From assembly GCA_024346625.1 (NCBI GenBank), contig AP024666.1:868001-932000 (forward strand): a DNA stretch of 64,000 nucleotides, in the 5' to 3' direction. Numbering within the stretch: the stretch's first letter is position 1; each line of letters starts with the position of its first letter. This DNA comes from Williopsis jadinii. Lineage: Eukaryota. Position numbers and translations under genes: made by a program. Of this stretch, positions 53,967 to 64,000 are shown one piece after another. Below the pieces are notes generated by a model that was given only the letters and a program-made list of their open reading frames with translations, was not told where the DNA came from and searched no databases.

Positions 53967-54434
53967 TTAGATGGCGTCAGTAGTGGTGGAGCTCAAGAAG
54001 GTTGAGTAATTGATATCTGGGTCTCTTGTATAAGTCTCACTCAAGGTGGTGGTACAACGAAGAGTTCCAGTTGGTTCAGTTGCTGCAAGTTTAGGAAAAT
54101 CTTTAGCACATTGAACAAGTGCCTCTGACAAATAAGGAGAGTAATACTTCCACAGTGTCCACCCACATTCCAAACACTCACTGTAGTGCTTTTGGAAAGG
54201 CGTTGGAGCATCCTCATTGCACACACAGCCAGGGGTGTAAGGACCAGAAAATGTGTCGGTCATATTCTCAGAACACTTTTGACCTTCAATGATCATCAAT
54301 CCACAAACCTCGTGACATTCATAAGTAGCACAGAGATCTTCACGGCCACTGCTACCTTGAGCATTAGCCATGCCTGGAAGGACAGAGATGGTTGCAAGAA
54401 TGGTTAGACCGATAGTTTGAATAGAGAATTGCAT
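53967..54434 (-). CDS. Small secreted cysteine-rich protein, paralogue of the N-terminal domain of the 49057-52029 protein
   Basis: Signal peptide; 10 Cys with '[12 protein letters not shown]', 'CGWTLWKYY', 'TEPTGTLRCTTTL'; no GPI tail. TATAAAA on the minus strand at about 54523-54529. Confidence 0.88.
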   Translation of the reverse strand: MQFSIQTIGLTILATISVLPGMANAQGSSGREDLCATYECHEVCGLMIIEGQKCSENMTDTFSGPYTPGCVCNEDAPTPFQKHYSECLECGWTLWKYYSPYLSEALVQCAKDFPKLAATEPTGTLRCTTTLSETYTRDPDINYSTFLSSTTTDAI

Positions 54435-56411
54435 TGCGTAAAGTATTGCTTATTTGGAACTGAGCTTGTTGATATTCCTTGTTACAAGTGGTTAGTTGAT
54501 TTTGAAAGGGATTCAGTCGTCCTTTTATAGTAAAAGTTTGCAAGCACTGACACGTAGGTAGTGGACTTCTGTTCGTATCCAAGTGCTAAACGAACAAGGG
54601 CGTTACATTTTGATTAGTCTTGGATGACAACGTGGTGTATTGCAAACTGCAAAGGCGAATAGTACTGCTAGAGGTGTGAGTTGTTGGAAAAAGGCCTTTC
54701 TGCATCATTTTGGATGATGTGCATATGCGCTTCCGTGCAAGTGCCTTTACTCAACACGGGGCTCGTCAATTACGTACAGCTTAGTATAAACTAATTACAC
54801 CGAATTAATGGCTTCTCTTTAGAAAACCTTGGATGTGTTTTCCCACCAAACACGCATATAATGCCCCAGTTTACATGTCAAAGGCAATAAATAGGGGTCC
54901 AAGACCTGTCTGAATATGTACACCCGTTCATGATGGACTCTTTTTTCTTGACAGGTGCAAAGAGCTCATGAGGAATTCCAAAGTTACGAAGTAAAAGTGG
55001 TGTATAATATTCCTACGTAGTTAGATATATGCTGTACAAGGCAGAAAACACCTGTCAGTTGGACCACCGTTGCGACCGAAACTCTTTCAATATCCGTCAG
55101 AAGTATTCCATATTAAAAAAAGGTGCATAGTCTCAAAATGAGCAAAACTGCTGCACTGTAGGCTTAGTTGGTGATCATGTGTACCGTATGGTATACCAAC
55201 ATGTGCTTTCTTTTCGAATAGAAGTTAATTTACTTTCTTTTTGCTTCCTCTCTCACTACCAAACGACAAGGGACAGGTGTTAAAGCGGAGCCCCAAATCA
55301 ACAACCTTTGCTGCTGTAAAGCTAAGAAAATTAGTATAATGTAGGTAATATACGATATAATTAATTAGTATCATTGTAATTGACACCTTTTACAATGAAA
55401 TTTATAGCCTTGTGTGAAAGTTTGTTGGGGTTTTCGCTGGCTAAACAGCCATATATGGAGCACATTAAGGAACTTGAATGCAACAAGTGTTTAAATCATG
55501 GTGACTATCACCGCGTAACTTATGCTCCGCTTCTAATAACCTTTCACTGTGCTGTATGGTACTGCCTAGCGGTCATTGGTGTCTTGGAAAACACCCAAGA
55601 TCAAGACATTTGGAGTCTACATTTGAAGCCTAGATGGGCATGCTCTTCACCTTGACCCCTATGTTCTTGTAATTGCTTCTGATATTTGCTCACCACGTGT
55701 GCCGGTGTTATCGTCGTTCTTGATATCAAAGTGGTTGTTCTTCCATGTATCTTTAACTGTGCGACAGTTCAACCTACAAGTCCAACTTACTGTGTTGTTG
55801 AATTCCACGAGTTCTACAGGCTCTGAGAATGTGAAACTGAAGTACACAGATCTGAATATGTTGTATAAACTGTGTAAAGGATCATACTCAAATTATCAAC
55901 CAAGATGCCATTTGTATTGCGTGTCCTTTGTTGATCACAATTGAGTAATACATCAGGACTTAACTTGCACGTCAATTGTAGACAGCAAAGTTCTATTTAG
56001 AACCTTGTGAACTGAGCATTCACGTTCGTTTATGAGTACCTACAGATTATGTACTACAAAAGAAAGAAAGTATCCATTCTAACAAGGAACAGATATTGAC
56101 AAACTTGAAGCAAGTAGAATCTAAAATTACGCTCTAAAATTCTCAAGGTTATCTTATTGTTTCGAACTTACCTTAGACAGTTACTTCTTAACGATAACAA
56201 TGTGAACGAAGAGCTGAGATCTCATATCACTTCAGACTACCCAACCACTCTTATTCATGACAGGCAATTGGCTGTAAGAGAAGGGAAACACACTTAGTTT
56301 TGTTCAAACAACTCAAACTAAACAGCGTTTCTAGGAGGCTATGTCAGGTATGTCCGGGTTTTTTTCATTTGGCCTCATTTAGGTGAACAAAAATTTATTC
56401 TTGCGCGAGCG

Positions 56412-57719
56412 ATGAGCTTCTTCCCACGCCAGGATACTTATTCATTATCTGAGACAAGCAGTGAGAAGGTTCCAATGACAGTTGCATCTCTCTTAGCATC
56501 TCATGACAATGGAGATAATTGGGCACTTGATTTCGTGCCTTTGAAAAACCATGGGCTTGTGACCTCGTTCAGTGACGGGACTCTGAAGCTGTACCCAGTT
56601 GGAGGTCCACTAGGAAGGTCATTCACCTCGATCCGCACGATCAAGGCCCATGATTGTTCCATCAAACGTGCTAGATCAATTGATGGCAACGATTTAGTTG
56701 GTACTGCTGGTGAAGACGGTATTAAGATTTTTGACTTGAGACAACAGGGAGACAAAGCTGTGATGTCATTCCACAACGAAAGAAATATACCGTTTCTATC
56801 TCTTGATGCTAAAGCGCATCTGTTAGCTGGAGGTACGGAATTGAAGCAGCAGGACTCAGAGTTGTACATCTGGGACCTCAGATCCACAGGAGTCGTACGG
56901 TCATTTGTCGACTCGCATCATGATGACATTACAGAGCTGAGATTCCATCCAACTGACGATACATTCCTCTTAAGTGGTTCAACAGACGGGTATGTTAACA
57001 TCTATGATTTGACGATCCCTGAGGAGGATGATTCGTTGTACCAGGTGATCAATTTTGCATCTATCCACTCTGCTGGATGGTTAAGTGCCAACCGTATCTA
57101 CACTCTTTCTCATATGGAAACCTTTGCGATTCATGAGTTGAACGACAGAAGCGACTCGAATGTTGAGCCTCAGCCGTTAGAGTTCGGCGACGTTAGAGAC
57201 AAGTGGGAATGTGAATATGTGGTTGATGTGTATCCTGGGTTCATTGCCAAGGGTTCTAATTCTCGATCAATTGCTTCGCTATGTCCATTTAGGGACGAAC
57301 AGATAGATCTGATCAACAAGGTTGATTTGAACAGCGCACATGGAGAGGAGGTTGTAAGAACAGTTTATTGTCCACCGAACAGTGATTTGATCTATACCGG
57401 TGGAGAGGATGGATGTGTCAAGGTGTGGAGATCGGACGTGCACCTCAATGCACCAGAGGCTTTCGTAGAGAATGTTTACGAAGGAGACGCCATGGACGTT
57501 GACGTTGATGTTGACGAGGAGGGCCAGGAGGAGAGCTCTGAGAAGGAGAAGAGTTCTAAAAAGGAGAAGAAGGAGAAGAAGGACAAGAAGGAGAAGAAGG
57601 AGAAGAAGGAGAAGAAGAAGGAGGAGGAGAAGAAAGACAAGAAGGAGAAGAAGGAGAAGAAAGACAAGAAAGACAAGAAGGACAAGAAGGACAAAACACA
57701 CAGGTTCAAACCGTATTAG
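56412..57719 (+). CDS. WD40 protein (WDR89/YNL035C-like) with KKE/KKD tail
   Basis: 'DSHHDDITELRFHP...LLSGSTDGYVNIYDL', 'AHGEEVVR', 'TGGEDGCVKVW', ends 'RFKPY'. PAC motif GCGATGAG overlaps the ATG. Near IDH1 as YNL035C is. Confidence 0.9.
   Translation: MSFFPRQDTYSLSETSSEKVPMTVASLLASHDNGDNWALDFVPLKNHGLVTSFSDGTLKLYPVGGPLGRSFTSIRTIKAHDCSIKRARSIDGNDLVGTAGEDGIKIFDLRQQGDKAVMSFHNERNIPFLSLDAKAHLLAGGTELKQQDSELYIWDLRSTGVVRSFVDSHHDDITELRFHPTDDTFLLSGSTDGYVNIYDLTIPEEDDSLYQVINFASIHSAGWLSANRIYTLSHMETFAIHELNDRSDSNVEPQPLEFGDVRDKWECEYVVDVYPGFIAKGSNSRSIASLCPFRDEQIDLINKVDLNSAHGEEVVRTVYCPPNSDLIYTGGEDGCVKVWRSDVHLNAPEAFVENVYEGDAMDVDVDVDEEGQEESSEKEKSSKKEKKEKKDKKEKKEKKEKKKEEEKKDKKEKKEKKDKKDKKDKKDKTHRFKPY
57541..57695 (+). 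repeat. Coding AAG/GAG/GAC-rich 9-bp-period repeat (KKE/KKD)
   Basis: Read directly; typical nucleolar KKE/D tail. Confidence 0.85.
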
Positions 57720-57797
57720 CCCACATAGATAAACAGACTAATCCAGAAATACCACAACGCCCACGCAATCGCCTCCACTGGCCAATAAATTGTTAAG

Positions 57798-57866
57798 CAT
57801 TGTAAACATTGTAAACATTGTAAACATTGTAAACATTGTAAACATTGTAAACATTGTAAACATTGT
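57798..57866. repeat. Perfect tandem 9-mer (CATTGTAAA)x7 plus partial unit
   Basis: Counted directly; intergenic between the WD40 gene and the ARK1/PRK1 kinase. Confidence 0.95.
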
Positions 57867-58209
57867 CAGCATCGAAAGCTCAAAACAAAAACAAAAACAA
57901 TCACGAAATGCCATAGCGGAAGAGGAAAAAGACAAAAAACGCATTTTCCACAAAAAGCACAGCGGGCCACAGCAAAAAAGGGGATCAATTTTCCAACAAC
58001 GAAAACATCAACACATTGAAAAAGTAAACAAACGGTTTCTTACTTCAAAGGAATCTCCGGCGCAAAAGGAAGAATTGTTCCTGTTCTCTGATATTTGGCT
58101 CCCATTCAGTCGAGAGCACCAGCGGAACACGTGACGAGGAGCAGATTCAAGCGGTATTCGCAGCGCAAGCAGTTATATAGTGGACAAAGCAAAGTGATTC
58201 AGAAGGACG

Positions 58210-60612
58210 ATGCAGAGGCCTCCGCCACCGAATGCGTTCTCACCAGGCACGGTGTTGACGGTTGGATCACACAAGGCGGTTGTTGTGAAGTACATCTCGG
58301 AAGGTGGTTTTGCGCATGTTTATGAGGTTAAGATCTCTCCCGCTGAGAATGGCACTGCTATTGCCTGTCTCAAAAGAGTGGTTGTGCCGGACAAGCACAG
58401 TCTCAACACCCTCAGGGCGGAAGTGGATTCCATGAAGCGGGTGTCTGGGTTCAGACACATTGTGTCGTATATTGACTCCCACGCAGCCAGGCTGGAGGGT
58501 GGCCAAGGTTATGAGGTGTTTGTCCTGATGGAATTGTGCTCCAAAAAGGGGTTGATCGATTTCATGAACACCCGTCTTCAGAATCGCCTTACAGAGCCGG
58601 AAGTGTTGAGAATTATGGGCGAGATTACAGAAGGCGTGGCAAACATGCACGCTTTGAAGCCACCTTTGCTTCATAGGGATATCAAGATTGAAAACGTTCT
58701 CATTGCTGACAATGGTGATTACAAGCTCTGTGATTTTGGATCTGCTTCGCCGGTACTGCGCCCACCAAGAAATTCCGAAGAGTTCAGCATTCTGCAAAAT
58801 GACATATTGAAGAATACAACACCACAATACAGATCACCTGAGATGGTTGATCTATACCGCGGATTGCCAATAGATGAAAAATCTGATGTATGGGCATTAG
58901 GTGTGTTTCTCTACAAGGTTTGTTACTACACGACTCCATTCGAGTCAAAAGGTGAACTTGCATTGCTTCATGCAAAGTTTGACTTCCCTCAAAAACCGGT
59001 TTATTCAGATCGTTTGAAGAACTTGATCTCTGTGCTTTTGAGGGAGGATCCAAGACGACGCCCAAATGCTTTCCAAACTTTAGAAGAGGTTTGTCGTATG
59101 CGTGGTGTTCCAACGCCAATCGTTGACTTTACTAACGTTCCACTGTCACCTCCTTCTTCAAGTGTTGATGTGTTACAGCCGCCACCACCGCAACAGAAAC
59201 AGTTCAATGGACAAAGAACCACAAATTCTGTATCCCCTATCCCATCTATATCTATGCAGCCCACACCAATCACCACAGGAGTACAGAATAATCCTGCAGC
59301 GTTGTCTAAATCAACACCAAATTTGAGAAGAGATTACACCACTGGTAATCTCCAGGATCCAAGGTTTGCCGTACCAAAACAGAGTCAAATGGAAATAGGT
59401 CTTAACAAAAACAGTTTCTCTAAACCTCCGCCAAAACCTCCAAGACCACAGACATTTGCAAGTGCTACACCACTGGACCAGTCAATTGGAAACCTTTCAA
59501 TTTCATCAAAAACCACGAAACCACAGGTCCCAGCAAAGCCAAAATACGTTGATAGTGTTGTGCAGACTGATGATGGCGAAACTATTCCTCCAAAGACAAA
59601 AGCCAGAGTGTCACATCAACGTCCGAAGAGTATGTATGCATCAACACCTTCGTTTGAGAATAGACAGACGTTGGACCCATACCACTCTTCAAGTCATGAA
59701 ACAAATGAACTCAAACGTATCATAACTGGCTTATCGACAACTACATCAGCAGATACGGTAGAGTTGTCTCCAGGTGAGAACAACCACATTGATAACAGTG
59801 TTGACTTTTTGAAAAGTTTACAACAACAAGACTCCGGAAAGTCGTGGGTGCAGCAGACCACAGGTGGTAGTTTGAGATCTCTGCGCCATATCAGCACTGG
59901 ATCTAAGAAGAGATCAAGTTTGATTGGTCAAGTCACTGGTATGCTAAGCCGCACTCATAGCAGATCAAGCTCAAGAGCCTCATCAATTCACGAATCTAGT
60001 GGAATATATCACAGCAATTCAAACAGCTTGAAATACAAGTCATCTTCTGAGAGTATAGAGGAAGAAATCGTTCAACCACAACAGATTAAAATAAAGACAG
60101 GATCATCCTCTATCCAGAGAAGAATCCAAGGGTTGTTGAATAGACAAGGTGATCCACCAGTTGTTAGAACAGCTAAGGGTTATGGTAATGATGCGACAAA
60201 TGAATCAGGCACATCGAAAGCAAGAGCCTCGATTGACAATGAGGGATTCAAACGACCACCAATATTGAAAAAACCAATCGCTCTTCCAAAACGGAAGACA
60301 GTTCCCCAGACTCCACCACTATCTGCACAATCTACACCAAGTACTGTCACAAGAACACCAGCTTCAAAAGATTCTGATTCTAAGTCTTCAGATTCACCAT
60401 CCACCTTGAAAAAGGCACCACCAAAGCCCAAGAAACCATCACATTTAAAGGCCAATGCAAGTACATTAAAAGCTGACAATTGGGACCCTGATGATACACT
60501 CACTAGAAGCATTAGTAGATTGAGTGATGTCAGTAGGGTAAGTGACATGAGTATTCCAGATATCGACGATTTGGAACAGAGTTTCCATGACAGATTCCCA
60601 AGTCATCCATGA
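58210..60612 (+). CDS. ARK1: Actin-regulating Ser/Thr kinase Ark1/Prk1
   Basis: 'GTVLTVGSH...EGGFAHVY', '[14 protein letters not shown]', '[13 protein letters not shown]', Pro-rich 'PPKPKKP' tail. Convergent with HDA1 like ARK1. Confidence 0.92.
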   Translation: MQRPPPPNAFSPGTVLTVGSHKAVVVKYISEGGFAHVYEVKISPAENGTAIACLKRVVVPDKHSLNTLRAEVDSMKRVSGFRHIVSYIDSHAARLEGGQGYEVFVLMELCSKKGLIDFMNTRLQNRLTEPEVLRIMGEITEGVANMHALKPPLLHRDIKIENVLIADNGDYKLCDFGSASPVLRPPRNSEEFSILQNDILKNTTPQYRSPEMVDLYRGLPIDEKSDVWALGVFLYKVCYYTTPFESKGELALLHAKFDFPQKPVYSDRLKNLISVLLREDPRRRPNAFQTLEEVCRMRGVPTPIVDFTNVPLSPPSSSVDVLQPPPPQQKQFNGQRTTNSVSPIPSISMQPTPITTGVQNNPAALSKSTPNLRRDYTTGNLQDPRFAVPKQSQMEIGLNKNSFSKPPPKPPRPQTFASATPLDQSIGNLSISSKTTKPQVPAKPKYVDSVVQTDDGETIPPKTKARVSHQRPKSMYASTPSFENRQTLDPYHSSSHETNELKRIITGLSTTTSADTVELSPGENNHIDNSVDFLKSLQQQDSGKSWVQQTTGGSLRSLRHISTGSKKRSSLIGQVTGMLSRTHSRSSSRASSIHESSGIYHSNSNSLKYKSSSESIEEEIVQPQQIKIKTGSSSIQRRIQGLLNRQGDPPVVRTAKGYGNDATNESGTSKARASIDNEGFKRPPILKKPIALPKRKTVPQTPPLSAQSTPSTVTRTPASKDSDSKSSDSPSTLKKAPPKPKKPSHLKANASTLKADNWDPDDTLTRSISRLSDVSRVSDMSIPDIDDLEQSFHDRFPSHP

Positions 60613-60761
60613 AGAGGAATGATGGGGAGATGGAAGATGAAGCAGTACTACAATTCAAAAAAAAAGTTTGTGTTATATACAGTCCGATCATTATGCATAT
60701 GAGAATCTTATCTCTCATACAATGTAGAATAATAATACACAATTTGTGGGAATCTTCCAAA

Positions 60762-62978
60762 TTAATGAGTTGAACTGCTATCATAATCCTCAAAAGAGTC
60801 TAGAATGAAGTCAGTAGTCTCACTGAATCTTTCCTCCAAGATATTATCAACACCGTCAGTATCACTCTTTAACACTCTACCGAATTTCTTTCTTGGTTTT
60901 TTGCTTTCTGTACCATCAGGGCCCCAACATGAGTGATTGACACTGGTGAATATCAAAGAGTTCTTGAAGAACCAATCAGTCATTGCTTCATCAACCAATG
61001 GGACAATTGGTCTCAGTACATTTCTGTCAACCACAGCAATACTAGCTTTTACAATCTTACGTACCTCTCTATGGCCCAACAGATGAACAATGCCAGCATA
61101 TGAATCACCAAGGCCAACAAAGGCAATCTTTGTTGCCTTGAAATATTGAATATAGTTGTCCCAAAGATAAAGTAAGACATCATGTGATGAACTGAAACTT
61201 TCATCAGACAAGCCCGGATCAGGGATGTTTATGTCAATAAATGCAAAGTTCTCCTGCTTTGACCATTCCATCAGTTTCAATGTGGAGTCAATAATGATAG
61301 ATCCAGATGGATTGATTAGTCCACTGACAGGATCAACTTTAGCCCATACCTCAGTCGGATCGTGTACTGCAATTATTATAGTGTCCGCATCATAAATCCC
61401 TGGTGATGCCAGAATCTGGTTGGCTGTTTCAGAAGCTGGTCTATCGTTGAAGATAGGAAGGTTAATGAAATTATACTTGGTGAATAGGTCTGTTGCCTGT
61501 TGTGAACGTATAGCTTCTTGTAAATCAAAGTTCTTATTTCCATCTCCAGTTGGTACAGAGTGGTCAATTGCAGAATGTCCTGGACGTAATATCTTGAAGT
61601 ACTTGGATTGAATCTCAATAACAGAACCAATTGTTTCCACTGCCTCAATCTTTGGTGTTATAGTCTTCAAACTATCTGGTGGCTCACCAACCAACACTTT
61701 TGCCACTGCCAATGCAGAGACAGCAATTGAGTCGAGATTATAACCACCTTCAAGGACAACAACTAGATTCCCCTTCGCTAGACTCTTGAGCATATGTGTC
61801 ATATGGCCGTACGCACCTGGCGAGACGTGGCACTGACCAATCATGTCACCATCGGCAGCATCAAATCCTGATGAAATTATAACAAGATCTGGGTCAAACT
61901 CGTGACAAATTGGCATGACAACTTGATTGAATGCATATATGTAGTCTGCATCACCCATTCCGGCAACCGGCCAAGGGATATTCACGTTTGTTCCAACACC
62001 AGCCCCTTCTCCGACTTGATCTGCAGCTCCTGCAAGGGTACCTGGATAGTACTTACCAGCTTCATATCTGTGTAGGGAAATATACAAGACTCTTGGGTCA
62101 TCATAGAATGCCTTTTGAGTACCGTTACCGTGATGGACGTCCCAATCTAGCACGACAATCTTTCTAACTGATTCAGGGTAGTTCTTCAGTATGTTCTTTG
62201 CAGCAACAGCAACGTTTGAGAATAGACAGAACCCACCAGGAGTATCTGGCTCAGCGTGATGACCTGGAGGACGTACAACAGCTAATGCGTTTTTAACTTT
62301 GCCTTCGACAACCGCTTTACAAGCCTCAATGGCACCACCACAACTTAGCTTAGCGCCCAAGTAGGAGTCGTGGTTGAAGTACACAGAGTCTCCCTTCTCG
62401 GTAAGTTCCATAAGCTGTTCCTTTGTCATTGATGTTGTACTTTCAATGAAATTCAAGTGTTCCCTAGTGTGCACTTGTAAAATCTCCTCAGCCTTGGCTT
62501 CTCTCACGGGTATCTTCAGCATCAAGTCACCAATGGAATCCACACCGGAGAGTGTTGGGTCGGTGATGAGGCCCGACTCGGCCAAGATCTTATAGATACG
62601 ATAGATACGTCTGGGGTCCTCTGGATGAGGATCTATGTATTCAAAATACGACGTGAATATCTTTGCGTGGTATCTCATACGCACGTCGTAGCAGAGCCCA
62701 GTCTTCAGTGGAATGTAGTGGACCTCAGGTGGTACAGCGGGTACGATAATGGCCTTATCCTTGGCCAGCGTGCCGTTATGTCCATTTACAACTTCATCCT
62801 TCACAGCATTAGCCGCCGAACCTGAATCATCCCCATCCTCAAGGCTGTCAATCTTTCTCTTTTCTGGTTTAACGTGTGGTGAGCCACAACCATCTGTTTC
62901 CCCCGGAGCACTCTCAGAGTGAGCCATCTCAGCGTCCTCTTGGACAGGCTCCAACTCCTCTCGTTTTACTTCCGCCAT
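60762..62978 (-). CDS. HDA1: Class II histone deacetylase
   Basis: 'DPHPEDPRRIYRIY', 'VRPPGHHA', 'LDWDVHHGNGTQ', 'LEGGYNL' and a C-terminal Arb2-type region. Confidence 0.97.
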   Translation of the reverse strand: MAEVKREELEPVQEDAEMAHSESAPGETDGCGSPHVKPEKRKIDSLEDGDDSGSAANAVKDEVVNGHNGTLAKDKAIIVPAVPPEVHYIPLKTGLCYDVRMRYHAKIFTSYFEYIDPHPEDPRRIYRIYKILAESGLITDPTLSGVDSIGDLMLKIPVREAKAEEILQVHTREHLNFIESTTSMTKEQLMELTEKGDSVYFNHDSYLGAKLSCGGAIEACKAVVEGKVKNALAVVRPPGHHAEPDTPGGFCLFSNVAVAAKNILKNYPESVRKIVVLDWDVHHGNGTQKAFYDDPRVLYISLHRYEAGKYYPGTLAGAADQVGEGAGVGTNVNIPWPVAGMGDADYIYAFNQVVMPICHEFDPDLVIISSGFDAADGDMIGQCHVSPGAYGHMTHMLKSLAKGNLVVVLEGGYNLDSIAVSALAVAKVLVGEPPDSLKTITPKIEAVETIGSVIEIQSKYFKILRPGHSAIDHSVPTGDGNKNFDLQEAIRSQQATDLFTKYNFINLPIFNDRPASETANQILASPGIYDADTIIIAVHDPTEVWAKVDPVSGLINPSGSIIIDSTLKLMEWSKQENFAFIDINIPDPGLSDESFSSSHDVLLYLWDNYIQYFKATKIAFVGLGDSYAGIVHLLGHREVRKIVKASIAVVDRNVLRPIVPLVDEAMTDWFFKNSLIFTSVNHSCWGPDGTESKKPRKKFGRVLKSDTDGVDNILEERFSETTDFILDSFEDYDSSSTH

Positions 62979-63346
62979 GGTCTTCAGATCTAGGCGTCGT
63001 TTGACTCTCTAACTGCTCTCTTTCGTAGTCCGCCAGGTATCGCGGTGGTCGTTGCTATCAGCAGTTGAGCACTTCCTCGAGCAACACGATCAGCACAATG
63101 TTCAACAGCGTACAGTAAGCAGCTCTTCTTCGTCTAAGTGGAATCGAGAACGTACGAAAGCCGCCGTGAGGACCCGTTTGCTTTGTTTTGTTTTGTTTTG
63201 CTTCGTGAGGTGAAAGAAAAACAAAGCAAACGGGAGGAAAACCAACGAAAAAAGAGGAAAAACCACAAAGACCACAAAGACCACAAAGAGCCGCCGTGTG
63301 GCGCGTACCAAACAACCTTACACCACTAAAAAGTTTCGATCACCAA

Positions 63347-63355
63347 GCTCATCGC
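63347..63355. promoter_or_regulatory. PAC element upstream of RCM1
   Basis: GCTCATCGC about 60 bp before the ATG of an rRNA methyltransferase. Confidence 0.7.
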
Positions 63356-63417
63356 TTCTTACGCTTAGGGCCTCGAGCGCTGTGCTGGTTCAGACCATTT
63401 GAGGCACAAGGAGCAGC

Positions 63418-64000
63418 ATGAACTTATACAAGGAGGCGTCATGGTTTCTCTCCTCGAACGGGAAGGAAGGGTCCTTGCAGACAAGGATCTTCAACGCGTC
63501 ACAGGCGAAGAAGGTGAAGACCAACCCGAAGCACTTGTATGCACTTGTGTCTTCCACGTTGAAGTACAAGCCCTATATAAAGAAGATCATCAAGAGCGCT
63601 AAGCTGTTGGAGCTTGAGAAGGCGCTGAAGGAGCCCATGGCGTTGCTGCTGGTGCATGATCTGCTGTTCACCAAGTCTGGTCGTATTCAGATGGGGAAGA
63701 CTCCTCTGAAGGAGTCAGTGCTGAGGCACAAGACCAGGCTCAATGCCGAGCTGACAAAACTAAAGCTGAAGCATAAGGTCAAGTCCTTAGATGAGCTGAT
63801 AGATGAAGACGACACCCCTGTGAGATGGTTTAGGGTAAACACTTTGCTAGCGGATGTCGATTCTGTGCTGTCATCGCTGGACTTGAAAGAGGTTGCCTCT
63901 GTTGGTAAACTGCAGCCTGGCTGTATCTACAGGGATGAGTACATACCCAATTTGTTTGGAGTTAGCCCGAAGCAGAGGATCACACAATCTGCTCTTTACG
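63418..64000 (+). CDS. RCM1: 25S rRNA m5C methyltransferase (NSUN5 family), 5' part; runs off the window
   Basis: Hand translation: MNLYKEASWFL...GSLQTRIF...NPKHLYALV...KYKPYI...LLVHDLLF...GRIQMGK...TPVRWFRVNT. Divergent from HDA1 as in S. cerevisiae. Confidence 0.9.
   Translation, partial: MNLYKEASWFLSSNGKEGSLQTRIFNASQAKKVKTNPKHLYALVSSTLKYKPYIKKIIKSAKLLELEKALKEPMALLLVHDLLFTKSGRIQMGKTPLKESVLRHKTRLNAELTKLKLKHKVKSLDELIDEDDTPVRWFRVNTLLADVDSVLSSLDLKEVASVGKLQPGCIYRDEYIPNLFGVSPKQRITQSALY

Noticed and set aside
55659..55900. Minus-strand ORF fragment, possible pseudogene or NCE103 remnant
   Set aside because: No carbonic anhydrase or transposase motifs recognised.
57790..58134. ORF encoding (IVN)n repeats, or a CRISPR-like array
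   Set aside because: Simple 9-bp tandem repeat with no spacers in a eukaryotic context; the ORF is a by-product.

Overview
Gene-dense nuclear DNA of a budding yeast (Saccharomycotina). Gene order interleaves S. cerevisiae sister blocks, so it is probably a pre-whole-genome-duplication species; a Cyberlindnera/Wickerhamomyces-like yeast is my unverified guess. There are 33 protein-coding genes, mostly conserved housekeeping orthologues: RTN1, HEM1, YMD8, STP1/2, RMT2, SOD2, PKH3, SDC1, TLG1, TDA3, KHA1, UGO1, SLM1, ALG11, MOB1, YMC, SFB3, EXO1, SREBP-like CPH2/HMS1, APN1, IDH1, ARK1/PRK1, HDA1 and RCM1. Four intron-containing genes that the ORF track misses or truncates were reconstructed by hand: DPM2, MOB1, ribosomal eL28 and a four-intron APN1. 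Most notable observations: (1) PKH3 is split by a single in-frame TAG; (2) a GPI-anchored wall protein with a long X-Ala/X-Pro pro-region and a nearby small secreted protein share the same 10-Cys domain; (3) two local MnSOD paralogues, one mitochondrial and one without a presequence, flank DPM2; (4) an orphan ORF ends in a chromo/chromoshadow-like domain; (5) telomere-like/Rap1 and forkhead-site tandem arrays lie in intergenic DNA. No tRNA, rRNA, CRISPR array or intact mobile element could be supported. Gene identities come from remembered family motifs and synteny, not database searches.
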